Shown: positions 46,520-60,767 of the stretch, piece after piece | Layout of the letters: each line of letters opens with the position of its first letter | Position numbering within the stretch: the stretch's first letter is position 1 | Source: Trichoplax adhaerens | Taxonomy: Eukaryota > Animalia > Placozoa | Length of the DNA stretch: 64,000 nucleotides | NCBI RefSeq assembly: GCF_000150275.1 | Contig: NW_002060945.1 | Location: 6,197,246-6,261,245 of the forward strand | Reading direction: 5' to 3' | Notes under the pieces: model-generated | Databases searched by the model: none | Told to the model about the DNA's origin: nothing | Seen by the model: only the letters and a program-made list of their open reading frames with translations | Program-made: the position numbers and the translations under genes

Positions 46520-49500
46520 TTAATGCCTCCTTGTGATTAAGGTAGGATGCGAAGATACTAAAAAGAAAATTGCCGTAGTTCCCATGGAGGCAACTGCTAA
46601 AATGCCAAAGAAAGTTGACCAACCGTGTTCTTTCACAACGACAGCAGCATAATAATCAAATGTCATTGTTAATAAAAATCCAAGACTTTCTAGTAAAGCT
46701 GCAAGGGTTCCACTAAATCTAGACAAAATTAGATATCATCAGTTAACAGCTTTCATTTCATTATACGAAATATTGTCGAATTTCTGAGTAGTTTGAGTTA
46801 AATGTAATAATTAGCATCAAACCTTTGTCCACCATAAACCATAGAGAAGACACTTGCTGGTAGATAATATGGTATTGAAAGAAAAAATCCAATAACAAAT
46901 AGGGTATAGAATACGTCAACTTTACTCATAACTGGTAACATTCCTTGATAAATGCAAGACAGAAAGACAAAAATTTAATTATATTACCAACGTATAACGT
47001 TGTATAATTGATCTCTATAAAGATTTTATCAAAGAGATAATAAATAAGAACACTAATGTAATTTTTCTTACTCCAATAGAAAATGTAACATCCAGTGCAT
47101 ACAATCATGCACAAGTTTAAAAACATAGTTAATTTCTTCGCTGCCAATTTATCGTACAAATAACCACCAAAAATAACTCCGCCAATGCTACCAATTTGAA
47201 AGGAACATGAAGCATACACAGCGCTACCCATATCCAACTTTAAGTATTGACGTAAAAATAAGGGTAGAAAACTTTGCACTTCCATAAGAACAGTAGTGCC
47301 GCCGACAAAAAGGAGCATTAACCATACGGTCCTAGTTAATCAAGTGACATAATAAGAACAGCTCAGAAATTTACATCTGATAAATAAAATATAAGCACCG
47401 TTAAGTATCGATAGCTATTGAAAAATGCATAATGAAATATAATTTAATACACTTGAAGCCATAATCGTGCAAGGAATGGCATTCCTTAAGTAACGCTATA
47501 ATAGGTTAATGTATTAATAGTATTACCTATCCCGAAGCATATGCATTACCGCCGATGACCAGTTCAATTTATCGAGAGGATTTTCTCTTGGCAAACATGC
47601 TGATTCCTTTAATTCTATCTGATTAGAATAATGAGATCAAAATATAATTATTTAAATACATGCCAGATACTTTTTCTCTATCTCTCAATTACATCATGTA
47701 CATAAAATAGTGCATGCGTTTAGAATGAGCTATTAAAAATAGCTAGAGCGATCACTTTAAATTTATGCACATTTAAAGTGATATATCTGTTTGAAGTGAT
47801 AGACAATGAATCATATATAAGTTTCGATACTAGATTCCACCTACTTCATTTAAATTCGGCAATCCAACGCTCATTGGTGATTCTTTGATGGCAAAATAAT
47901 TAAATACTCCAGTTAATAGCTGTAGTAAAGCAATTAACATGATGATCGTTCTCCAGTAAAAACCATTTCTAAGTAATTCAGCTGTAACAAAGCAACTTAG
48001 CAAATGACCAATGCGGGAACTCGTCGAAATTATTCCAGTAATTTCGCCATAGAATTTAGAAGAAAACCACAAACTGGTTACTTTGGTCATTGACGGCCAG
48101 TTGGACGATACAAATAATTTACAGATACACCAACAAAATGTTAATAAGGTAAACGTATTTGCTGCGCTAAGGAAAATACAAAATATGCCAGAAAATAATA
48201 TTGATGAAACAAATATAGCCCTTCCGCCAAGTTTATCTGTTGCAATGCCAGAAAGAGTTTTACCAAGGAAATAAAAAAAATTTCCTAGACAATGAAAAGT
48301 AAATTATTAAGGTTAAGAATGCTCCTATATTAAATCAGAGATCAAAACTTAATTAAATAATAGTATATTAAGCGTAAAAGTAAAAATATACGGTAGTAAT
48401 TTAATAGCTTAATGTCGCTCAAGCAGGTATACTACAGTAAACCCATAACTTTGTTATACTGCCATAGACTACGTACGGATGGTTTAAATCGAAGTGTTTA
48501 TAATGATTTTTGTATAAATACTCGTATAAGTAATATAATTCGTTCCATATTGCGATTTCATAAGATGCTTAATCTTGCGATCATGCCGTATATAAATTGG
48601 ATATAACATTAGGATAATGCACTGCTTTATCAACATATCGGAACAGTCACATCTTAAGAGGTTGTATTTTTTTCTTATTATACTAACTAGTAGTCCTAAA
48701 TATACTAACAAAAATATTTTTAAGAGGATGATGTATCAGATCAGTATGAATTTAGTTTGATTTACATATGAGTTGTAGCTCACCTACATTAATGCACTCA
48801 AAATTATAAGGGTACTGATTTCATACTAGTTTTTAGTTAATGAAATTTTACAGAGTAATTCATAAATCAGTAAGATTGACCATGGTATTTCGTAATTAGT
48901 TGATGTTACTGATTTATTTTACATTTTTACATAGTAGGTATAGTACGGTATCATTGAAGTAACACACTTAGTTGGGTGCCATGATTACATGATTTAATGC
49001 GAATTCTGTATCATACAGCATTGACTACTGTACTTATAAAGTAAGTGTAATTATACACATAGTCTACCGCATTTAAAGGTCTATTCTGTACAATATCAAT
49101 TATTCCATTAATATATACTCGTAAGCATATTCCATTGGCATTAGTATCTATCAAATGGAATGGAATGATAAATATAAGCACTATCTTGATGTATACCGTA
49201 GTGTCTAATTGTTATTAATGAAATAAAAACGCCCAAAATTGTATATTCGAGTGAGTTATAGCTACTGTATGATTACGCAATCTCATTCATTGCTACCTTC
49301 CTTACTGCACAGGCGAATATAATATCTGATAAATAATGTATACTGTAGTGTCTAATTGTCATTAATAGAATAAAAACCCCTCGAAACGTATATTCGAGTA
49401 AACTATATATAACTACAGTACAGTTATGCAATCTCATTCATTGGTACCTTCCTTACTTCACTAGGCGATTATAATTTCCAATAGAAAAAGAATAGATATT

Positions 49501-51664
49501 ACACAATTAAAGAATACAATCTAGTAATAACTAACCCGTATTCTAGCATTGTAGAGTATAGTAGTTACAACATGGCCTATACTCGTATAGCGTATGAAAT
49601 AATTAATGTAAGACTATGTAACCTCAACACTACAGTCTACAAATTTCATTGGTTGTTCTTTCTGTTGTACACGCAAAAAAGGTAATGTTCGCAGCTGTAA
49701 AGTCCTTAGTGAAAGTGGAACAGGAAGATAGTTTTACCACAAGTATTAATCGTACCCCATACGAGTATAATGCCATAACATAAGTGTATTTTAGTATTAT
49801 AGATGAATTCTAGTGAACTCTAGATACAGTCATTGTAAAGGGTATTGTAAGATATATAAAGCATTGATGTACGCTTTTCGGATAGGTAGATGCTGCTGCA
49901 TACATACCTGCCGGTATATCCATGCATCCACAGGAGAATTGTATTGGGTTATGCTAGGATTTCTTCAAGCGCTAGTGTTTTTTTTAGATCAGCAAGTTGT
50001 ACAGTAAACATGACTACCCTTATTCGTATTCCAATTACGCATATTGAAATCGTATATCGTTAATCCTGATCATTACGTATTTAGTATTTATTGTATAGGT
50101 TAATGTAAAGCAGTTAACAGTACGGTATTAATTGCCCAGGTCTCATTTGAACTCGTTAAAATTGCCGCAAGAACGCTCCAAGATCAAGGTATCCTACTGT
50201 ACTTCAGCAACGTGGAAATTTTAGCGAACCCGCATCTGTATTAACGTACAAGTAGAAAATGCTTAGGCTGTTTATGATCGATTTCGATTTTAGATGTTGG
50301 TGGATTACTACTAACAATAAGAAATGCTGTCATGGTTGCAGTTTCGTTATTGATAGTTATTAGTTGACTCAATTTCAAACATACTGTACAGTACTGTATT
50401 ATACAACAGCTACAGTATGGTGATAATCGCCTCTAACAGCATTTCTATATAAACTGTCAACTTGTATTACCCTCTGGGCCATTAACTACTATGCGAACTT
50501 GTAATCTCATTTAACATCCTCAACGGAAATTATAATTGCACATATAAAAGAAGTACAGAGATCATAAATGAATTCCTACGACTTGATACTAATAATAAAA
50601 GTGAAATAAATTCGTATCAACTGCTGAATAGATGTAATAAATTATAAGCAATCCGACCGTCATAGGAAAGCTGTTCAAGTTTCAGCGCTGTAACAACACC
50701 AATGCTTGGAAACCCGCAGGTTTATAAATAACTCTGACCTTCCAGGCATTGGTAACTACTGTATGTACAGTATGAACTTCGTCTATTAACTGCTCAATAG
50801 ATCTAATAATTAAGTAATGAGGGCAAGATAAAAGGATAAGTGTTCAAGTTTCAAGGCTGCAATGGATGATAATTGTGATTTGTCGATCAATTGATCTTTC
50901 CATTTGCAAGCATGCCGCGACATTTTAAGCAAACCTCCAAGAAAAATAGAAGATTGGCAAATATTTGCCAACTGATATGAGTAGTAAGACTATTGATAGT
51001 AGAGTCTACTGACCGAGTTAGCTTCACTTAAGTGTATGATATCCCTAGACTACAGTTTGAGAAATGGCCAAACAGGCAATTCTTTCAATAAATTACACAT
51101 TCATATCATTCATGGATTATTCTTGATTTCCAGGATATTTGCTGATTACTTTGATACAGTGAAAGAGTGAACGAATCCGGAGTGTAATATGTCAAGTCAT
51201 TACTGCTGAGTACAATAAGTAGACTACGAGTATATTGCAGGGTTCCACTCTTTCGTTACTACGCTAATGTAGTCATCAAGTCATTCAATTTGACAGACAG
51301 AGTAGCATGAAACCTACTGTGCTGCCATTGTACTCTATCCTGTTGTAGATTCAATCAGTTGGAAATAGAAATTTCATCTTCAGTAAAAGCAAGCGTAATG
51401 CAAGTAGAAGATGAGAAAAAGTACTGGGTCCAAATTGAACAGTCAGTCAATCAGTGAATTTTATTTGCTCATTGACTTACCCCAAGCTAATAATTTGCCA
51501 ATACTTATTTGATCTAGCTCTAGGTTTTTGTCCTCTAAAATTGCTGCCAATGAATTCTCGACTGCTAGACGCCCTTGATTGACTCCTAAGACACCGGTTA
51601 TTAGACCGATCGTTAATAAACGTTGATGGAATTGCAGCGAGGGTTCGACGGTTTGTGGCGCCAT
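46520..51664 (-). CDS. MFS transporter, organophosphate:Pi antiporter (GlpT/UhpC/SLC37)-like, 6 exons (paralog A)
   Basis: MAPQTVEPSLQFHQR...KLLAW|GNFFYFLGKTLSGIATDKLGGR...NWPSMTKVTSLWFSSKFYG...; GGYLYDKL; PYYLPASVFSMVYGGQRFSGTLAALLESLG; stop at 46520-46522. Confidence 0.85.
49189..49475. repeat. Degenerate ~147-bp tandem duplication in intron 1 of MFS paralog A
   Basis: ATGTATAC(C/T)GTAGTGTCTAATTGT...GCAATCTCATTCATTG(C/G)TACCTTCCTTACT starts at 49189 and again at 49336. Confidence 0.9.
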
Positions 51665-52207
51665 TTTGATTTCTTTGGCAAATACTACTACAGTATAAAA
51701 ATAGAAAATAAATGACACTGACTGTGGCGGCGATAACTTGATTGACTTCAATCTGTTGTGCATCTGACGCTGCCACAGTCATACAAGGCTGAATGAAGAC
51801 GAAGTTGCTGACGTGCCCTTGAGCATTGATCAGACATACAGTGTATTATTATACCGTACAGTGATTGTCTATGCTATAACCATCCTATTATAATAATAGG
51901 ATATACTGTATAAATTAATTAATGTATAAACATACATAGAATGAATTCATAATAATTAGTTAATAATGAATAATTGAATATGGATGGCAACAGCCTCTGT
52001 GCCACAGTGGCAGACTTTGGTAGAAAACGCAAAGTATCATCATTTCAGTATAGCTTCAGTCTGTTTGATACTCGGTGTGCACTAGGGCCCGCTATTTCCC
52101 CCATTTAGTGTGTGGTGTCCACGTGTAGAGACCCTTGATCTGCACTGTTCAGTGAGTCTAGTGCAATCGAGAGAGATGAATGAAACCATGTGCCGTGTGC
52201 AGTACAA

Positions 52208-52592
52208 TAGACCACACCAGGGTAGCCAACGTAATTTACTGTAGTATAGTACTGTACTGTACAGTACAGTAGTGTATGCGTTTTCAGCTTACTACAGTAC
52301 TATTTACTGTAAATCGTCACATCAATGTTACACAATGTTGAGACACGAAGTCATTTGCACGTCTGTCGCGTCTGTCAGTAGACTACACCAGGGTAGCGAA
52401 CGTAATTTACTGTACAGTACTGTATGGGCAGTACTAACATTTGTACAGTACAGTACTGTACTGTACTGTACGGTACTGTACAGTACAATATGCGCCTTCA
52501 GCTTACTACAATACTATTGACTGTAAATTGTCACATCATGTTTGACACAATACCGAGACAAGAAGTCATTTGCACGTCTGTCGCGTCTGTCA
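52208..52592. repeat. Tandem duplication (~170 bp and ~215 bp copies) carrying ACAGT/ACTGT tracts between the MFS paralogs
   Basis: TAGAC(C/T)ACACCAGGGTAGC...GAAGTCATTTGCACGTCTGTCGCGTCTGTCA occurs twice. The pentamer tract is longer in copy 2. Confidence 0.92.
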
Positions 52593-53248
52593 ACTCAGGT
52601 TTCGAGTCATGCCGTATAACCTTTTAATTAATTAATATTAGCTCATGGACTACAGATGTCCAACTCATTGGTACTGTACAGTGCACAGTAGTAGTCCATG
52701 ATTGGCTGCTACTAGCTCTACTCAGTGACTAGTGAATTGGTAGTGAGTAGTGATGACCGCTAATGATGTTGACGTTTCTGTACTTCACCGGCGTGCGACA
52801 CAGTACTCAAAAGACCTTTTCCGGTACGGTGTGTACAGTACTGTATTGTACGTACCAGGGGTGTACGTACCCGGGATGGACGTACCGTAGTACCACGTAC
52901 CCCAGTACGCAGTCACAACGGTTGGCTGTGACTTACGTCAATCGCTCCTAGTCATTTCTTAGAGGAAAGGAAAGCAAGGAGGTTCAATGGCGTCGACGAA
53001 GGGGACAAATAGATTTTCGCCACTATGTTCCATTTGCTAATTTTACTCTAAGTATTCAATTCTTGACTTGTAATCCAATTTGTAGTTATAGTTTGTAATC
53101 CTGCAGGATAGAGAGTACTGTCGAGAATGCAGAAGGGATAAAATGGAGCAAGCTCAATAGCAGTGTACCAGTACTCTTCGTCAATTAAAATTATTGAATT
53201 CATTGAAAAAAAAATCCTTTGTAAAAGTACAGATGCCACGGTCATCTT

Positions 53249-56200
53249 ATGGAGTCTGATAATAATGTTCAGAAATTGAAATTCTATCAGCGCCAAGTAT
53301 GGTATGGTTTGATTTCAGGAATAGTAACGATTCAATCAGCACGACAAGGTATAGAGAGTCTACTCCCTGCTGTTGCAGAAGATCCAACATTTGTCGCTTC
53401 CAAATTGAATCAAGTTGGAATTGGTACACTATTAGCATGGGGTAAGTACAGGATACAAACAGGCCATTGAGATCATTTCTTTCTTCATATTTACCTCTTT
53501 CGTATTCAAACTTGCATATATTGCCTTCCAAATTAATCTAGTTAAAGTACTGTAAAATCAATTCAAGTTTTCAAAATAAATTGCCAATCATACTGTATAT
53601 TAGTCTTAAGCATACAGACAATCAGACATGGAAGTAGTTAATCTTGGCCTCCTGTAATAATTATATTTATAATCAACTTGTTCCCTGTTTGCAGTACCGA
53701 TCATTGTCGTACTGTAGATGCTAAAATAAACATGTCCGTATGTTGATCATGGAATAACATAAAGCATATATATAAATCAATTTTCACTTCATTCCAAAAA
53801 TCAACTTGTTATTGACAGCCCTAAGCTTCTACCTCCTATTCAACATAAGATTAATTAATTACTCGAATTGAATCTAATCCTGAGTACTGTATATTGTTAT
53901 ACGATGCTCAAATAAAATACCTCTGTACGATTACAGTTGCATACTTTGAAATTGTATGCTTTCTAAAGTTGAAAAATACTGCAGATCAGAGGTATCGACC
54001 CATACAGTAAAGCAGTTTCATAATATTTTTTCAGCTCTTTGAACCGCAAATAGGTATTCCATTTCGATTTTATTAATAGATCTTTCTACTCTGATTAAAT
54101 ATGTGCAATTATATATGCATAATTCAAATAATTAATCATCAAACAAACCTAAGTCCATATTCTATGTGACCGTGTTCTATGTAATCTCGTATAATATAAT
54201 GCTATGAGCATACCAAAATATTATAATGTATATTACTTGATGAAGTGTTGTTGAATATACGAAGATGTACGTCTTAATTATCGCCCACTTTGATCAGAAT
54301 CCATCAACTTGCCCGCTCTACTTTCCGAATTACAGTACTAATATAATTACGTATACTATACCATAAAATCTTCTTTCATCTTGTTTCATTGTTACATTAA
54401 ATTAAACATTTAGATGGCATTTGTGCTGTGTTCATTGAATCCTTCACTCAATGATTGACTACAATGCAGCACTCACTGTTCAGCATTTCCCTAAAGTTCT
54501 TTAATTCTGTTGACTGTTATCGTTACAAAATTTTCAATGGATCATTAGAGAAACTGTATAAATTTATGATGCTATCGTCCGCAAGACGCTCAAAATAGCG
54601 TTAATCGATGGTTGTTGATATAGATTTTATATACATTTTTTACGATTATCTTATTATAATTCTTCTTTACAAACCCTATGAAAGAAACCGAGAAATTTCC
54701 ACAGGACCCACGCTAGCTATAATTACTTTAAAAAAATACTAAATTACCAAAATGGAGTACTGTAGCACCCATTGCGTCCACAATACGTGTACGTTTTTAC
54801 ACCTTATTCTCCTGCTTAGCCTACAACATTCGTACGCTTGCAGTTGTAATCCGATAATCACAATTTGCTATACCAGAAACAGTTATAAACTTGCCGTTGT
54901 TACGTTCCTGTACACGTAGCTACTACAGTCATGAATTCGTAAATTCATTTTTTGGAGAATATATATAATTTAGTAATCCATACAATCCTAAATTAATACA
55001 TCAAAAAGAATCTAACAAATTGAATTAAAATCGATTCAATTTTGCAATTTCTTCCAGGAAATTTTTTTTACTTCTTGGGCAAATGCCTTGCAGGATATAG
55101 TGTTGATAAACTGAGTGGCAGATTTGTATTCCTCTTGTCCCTTGGAATTAGTAGTGCATTTACAATATTTATAGGATTAAGCAATAGCGTTACCACTCTA
55201 ACATTCTGCTGGTGCATAAATAAATTATTCATCTCTTCAAATTGGCCGTCCGTAGCTAAAACGATGGCTACATGGTTTTCTCCTGAACGCTATGGTGAAC
55301 TAAATGGTATGATAGCTTTTTCTGTACGGATCGGTTGTTTAGTTAGCAGTCTCCTTGTTGCGGAATTATTACGACGTCATACTTATTGGAGAAAGATCGA
55401 TTTTATAATGGGCCTGATTCTAATCCTGGTATTCGCTTCGGCATTGCTCCTCGTTAAGAGATCGCCTAAGCAGCTAGGACTACCAGATCCTACCAAGGTA
55501 ATAAACTTGTAAAATTATTAGCAGTATATGGAGCAGTATATTTAGATTATGTTATCGAAATCGATCTAGCAAACAAGCACAAAGCACATAAAGGGCAAAG
55601 TCATTCCCCTTCATAGCTACTTAACTGTATTACGTATCGTGTGTTTGCTTAGCTGAATTTAGGATAGTCAATTATAATTATCACTGAGACGATGTCCTGT
55701 ATGTATTGTATCATACTTACTACTGTATTACTACTATATTATCTATGGCTTCATTAAAACTGCATTTATAATATGTAATAGATGAGCAAGGCTAGCCAAG
55801 GTGATGATGGTGATGAACACGTAGATTTGCAGAATGAAATTGAGTGGGATCTAATAACTATGGCCAAGGATCGGTAATTATTTGCAATGTTCAGTTAAAA
55901 TAAGTCATTAACCGAATTAAGTGCAGTAGACTTCGAGGTCCTAACTACAGTATTATACGTAGGTCATATTCTAAGCTTTACAGTATTCTACTACTACACA
56001 ATTGACCCTAACTGCGTGTAATTTAACTTTTTTCATTCACTCCTGTTACACTTTTATAGCGTAATTTGGCTTATGTCCATGTATGTTGCCGGGACGACTA
56101 TTTTAATGGAACTTCAAAGTTTTTTACCTCTTTTCCTGCATTTGTATATGAAATTGGAAGTGGGATTTGCGGTCTATGCTTCAACTATCTTTCAGATTGG

Positions 56201-57293
56201 AACAATTTGTGGCGTCATGCTTGGCAGTTTCTTATATGATAAACTATGCAGGAAAAATATCACTATTTTTCTCAATGGGTGCATGTTTATATGCACGGCA
56301 TGTTTAGTATTAATATGGAGTAAGTAAAGCATGCGAACTAGATTTCTGCAAAAGCAAGCCATGCCATATTTCTATTATACTGTACTGTAAATGTAGCAAA
56401 GCAGTACAGTAGATTACTTTATGTATAGAATGTCAACTGATGAATCTCGATGTCATATCTAGTACAAAAGTATTCTTTTTAACGACTTTGACTTGAAAGC
56501 AATCGAAATTTTTGTCTTATTACTATCTGCCAATGCTTGTTAATATATAGGAAAATGATTGAGTTCTAATGACCCTTAACATCTTATTTATTTTATCATA
56601 GCTTTCTAATTTTAAATTTAGTTGTAACCAAATATTTATTCACAATACACTGACATGATTATAACACTATATTGCGTCAAATTTAGGATTATTGCCTGTC
56701 TTGACGTCATCTCATATTATTTTTATACTGTTCGTGTATGGCTTTGCCCTAGCAATAATCTTCCATCTTCCGACTGGCGTCTTCATGATGGTACATGTTG
56801 GCCAAAGGTAACGCTTAGTTCTAATCAATAAAATCTTACTATAATGCAAGATTTTGAAATGCTTAATAGTCCTTATTGAATACAAGAGTATCGGCTCTCA
56901 TATACGATCCTGTACAAAAATGACAATTACATAATTATGATCTTAAAATTTATTGAAAATTAATTGTATGAAATCTAAATTTTATATCAATATCTTGTAC
57001 AGTGCAATACTAGTTCAGTTTCGGTCATATCATAAACTTACTATATACTTTATGCCTAAAAATTCATATTTATTGTTCTCTATTGTACCTTTAGACATTG
57101 TGGAACTCTAATAGCTGTATTAGAAGCATTTGGATATCTTTTTGCAGTACTATTTGATTATTATGGGGCCGTCGCGATAAAAGTTTTCGGTTGGTCCGGA
57201 TTTTTCGGCTTACTAGTGCTAACATCTATGATAACATCACTATTTCTATTCCCGATGTCGTCTCACCCGAGCATTATGACGGCTAAAAATTAA
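53249..57293 (+). CDS. MFS transporter, GlpT/UhpC/SLC37-like, 6 exons (paralog B)
   Basis: MESDNNVQKLKFYQR...TLLAW|GNFFYFLGKCLAGYSVDKLSGR...NWPSVAKTMATWFSPERYG; MELQSFLPLFL; GSFLYDKL. Same five intron positions as paralog A. Stop TAA 57291-57293. Confidence 0.85.
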
Positions 57294-58901
57294 TGTAAGT
57301 CGCTCTAAAATTCACAATGCATCTACTGTTTAATCGTCATAAATAAATTTGATTACAGTACTAATATTTCTAAATATTCATATATTGGATAGATTCTGGA
57401 TCACAGAAGACACTACTCGAAGACATTAGAATGATTTGCTACATTAACAATAATTACAAATTATTGGCAACTACCGTTTTAGTACCTGTTATACCTCGTT
57501 AAGTGTTGACTCTTGCATACTATTGATAAAAATTTTATTACATTAACTACCTTTATGATAGTATTTAAAAAGGATTGATAGCGAAACATCTTTAAATTGT
57601 TGATTTGCAAATCAAATGTAATTATTAACGTTGATGCAACGGTATTACTGTGTAGAACGAATATTTGTGTTACTGAAATATGCATATACAATTATACACA
57701 TGTACAGTGTACAATATGCCCATGTACTAATTATCGAAGTATTGCATTAAAGCATGTATGATACTGTGTTTATCTCAGATATATTCAAAATTTAAATATT
57801 TCTAATAAGATGAAAAGATATCATTCATGATGTATATGAATATATTGTATACGATTGTACTCATTTACAAACATCATTTTATGTGGAATGTATGTATCAT
57901 ATGTATACTATGTATTATATACAAGTTATTCCACAACTTCAGCGTCTTGGCGCAAGAACGATACACTCTTTTCAGGATTATGAAATGTCTCTGCACTATT
58001 TTCGAAACTACAAACGAAATAATTGTTGATTTATATTGCGATTGCTTATCTGCTAAATCTCCTGCCAATTCTTCTATATATTTATAAAGTGCTAGTAGGA
58101 GAATTTTGAATAAATGATGTCAAATTTCTCAACTTAAGTCATTTTCTTAATGTACGTATCCATCCGTAAGTGGTCAAGTCAATGAGCGCAGTTTCTCGCT
58201 ATGATTTATGACGCGGACGGCTAACGTCAGCCTAGATTCGCAATGTTATTTAATCATACACTTTATTGAACATATGCAGTAGATGTACTACATATTTTTA
58301 ATCTATGCCAATAGACGTATATACAGAAATACAATAGTTGCGCTAGATAAAAATAGAGGACATTAGTTTGATATAAATAGGATTTTCAAAGGTGATTGTA
58401 TTAATTAAAAATAATATTGCGATTTCAAGATTTTACGTACGATGCAAAGCAATTGATAGCCGTTTCATCTGAGGAAATAGTAGAGATAGTCAAAAACTCG
58501 ACTTGAATTAGGGTACTAATACTGATTATTTCAATTGATTTCGTTAGATATGTAAGATAATGCGATATACTTACATTATAACAATACCATCAATGGTACA
58601 AAGCATGAAGCCATAGTTTAACTACTGGTGGTGGGCACTTGAATACCGTTTGATATAGTGTATAGTACTTGAAATAATCTTCAGCAATGATCAAAAAATA
58701 CTGTGACACTAGCCATATTGATATGTACAAGTTGGATTTACTAATCATAAAACTGTAGAGAATTTCATTGACCATCTTCAATATTTTGTATCTTCCTATT
58801 CTGTTGTGTTATACTCTATACAGTAGTGACCATCAATACTACCATTCGTAATACGATAGCAAATAATTAGCATGAAGACATTACGTAATTTTTCATTTGT
58901 A

Positions 58902-60767
58902 TTACACAACCTTTAGGTGGTTAAGGTCAATATCCATCATCAAAAGTTTAGTTAGTTCTTCAGATAGTAAATCATGTAATATCCCGTTATTGCGAGAATA
59001 AACCCATTTTCCATCGAGGTAATCATATCTTTTTGGGCCACTTTATTGTAACAGTGCACGACATATATGAGAAAGATCGTTAATTGAACGTAACACTGGT
59101 TAGCTGTGTCAATGTGACATAGTAAATGAATAATTAAAGTACCCCACCTTAATGGTGAAGACAGCCAAATTTGCTTATTAGGAACTTGCTTATTGATAAC
59201 ATAAGTTCCAAGGTTGTCTAGAACAGTATCCACGTCCATTAGTAATGTGCTAATCTTATCATCGTCTGTTAGCATATTGTACCGAATTTTTAAGACCATA
59301 CCACAGTAAACTATTATTAATGATGGTATCGCTGATTAATTATCATCTAACCATCGTATATAACACTTACCTCCTAAGTGGATAGTAAGAACACCTGACT
59401 ATTTGAAAATTGTATACACAATGATATGTAAGTATTAGATTTTTTGTCAAACGATCTGTATCTTAAAGTATCTTTCTATCTTACTGCGAGGCTGGCGTCG
59501 TAATCATCAGATAATATTTCTTGGTCATTTAAGTTTTCAAAAAATTCTGTTAAATTCTCTAGAGTTTCATCCGCAATTTTGTTATATTGGAGAGCGTCCA
59601 ATTCGGACCTATAAATATATTAAAGATATTGATAATGTAATAATTCGTACAATATTCTTAGGGCCTGGCGCTGACTGCAACGCTAGCTACATATCATAAA
59701 ACGAATTTCATGATGTATCAATAAACCAGATACGAGATTTAGCAGCCTACATGCTGTACTATGACGTGCAAGTACTGTCGATTTTTCACTTGCTTTCTAG
59801 ATAGCACTCTGTGATGATACGAAAGGTTAAGGGACGAACTAGCTACATTCAGAGAAATAGGCGTTCAACATGTAAAATTCTAATGCAAACCGAGCAGCCA
59901 ACGCACAAGTACGATTTCTATTTTCAGCATGATGCAAATATAGCACTGTAAAACACTCTCATCACGCGATGCCGTATTGCCCATTTACGTTAGAGTAGAA
60001 ACTAATCCAAACCATCAAAATACGAATGCTGTAGGATAAAGTACGTAAACAACTGTAGCTTACGTAGAACTTGAGCATGATCGCATTAATAGAGTAGCTT
60101 GAAGGGGCCAAGATTTCACGGATAAAGAAAGTGACCTTCGTAAATCCTACGTTAATCAACATTTAAAAATAAGAGGTTACTTTGTGTATTAGCATAAAAC
60201 TATTCATTCTGGCTGATTTATCGTTATTAGTACTGTAGCATGTTGCAAATCAAGCATCGTATCATGATACTGCAATGTAATACTGTATTATCTGTGGCAT
60301 GCTAACGTTATATCAAGAGATTTCACATAGGAACTCAAATATTGATGGTAAGCCATCGACAGATGTAGCTACGACGATAAGTAAAGTGCAGAATCTGTGA
60401 ATGTTTTTAATCATTACAATCATTACATTACAGCATTCTATCCCTATCAATATAGATTGAGCTATCAGGCTATGCAGTACATACTGTGAAATCGGATGTT
60501 GTAAGAGAAAGATTAGACAAGTGGCAAATTAGAGTATAATACAGAGTATGACAAGTAAAATGTCCTGCAGCATCTTTGCAGTACTGTAAATTAATTATCA
60601 GCAGACCCATTGGATGTTTGTAAACTAACCTGAGGGTGCCTTCTTTTAGTACAGCAGCCATTACTAGAAGAAAAGCTTCTAACTTTCAAGGCTAAGACTT
60701 GGTTAGCTGGCGCAAATCGAAGCAAACATGTTCGTAATGACAAACAAGTTCTAATGTTTGCCATCAT
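58902..60767 (-). CDS. FXN: Frataxin (mitochondrial Fe-S cluster assembly); junction between the presequence exon and the core is unresolved
   Basis: Arg/Leu/Ser-rich presequence [83 protein letters not shown]; stop at 58902-58904. Confidence 0.95.
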
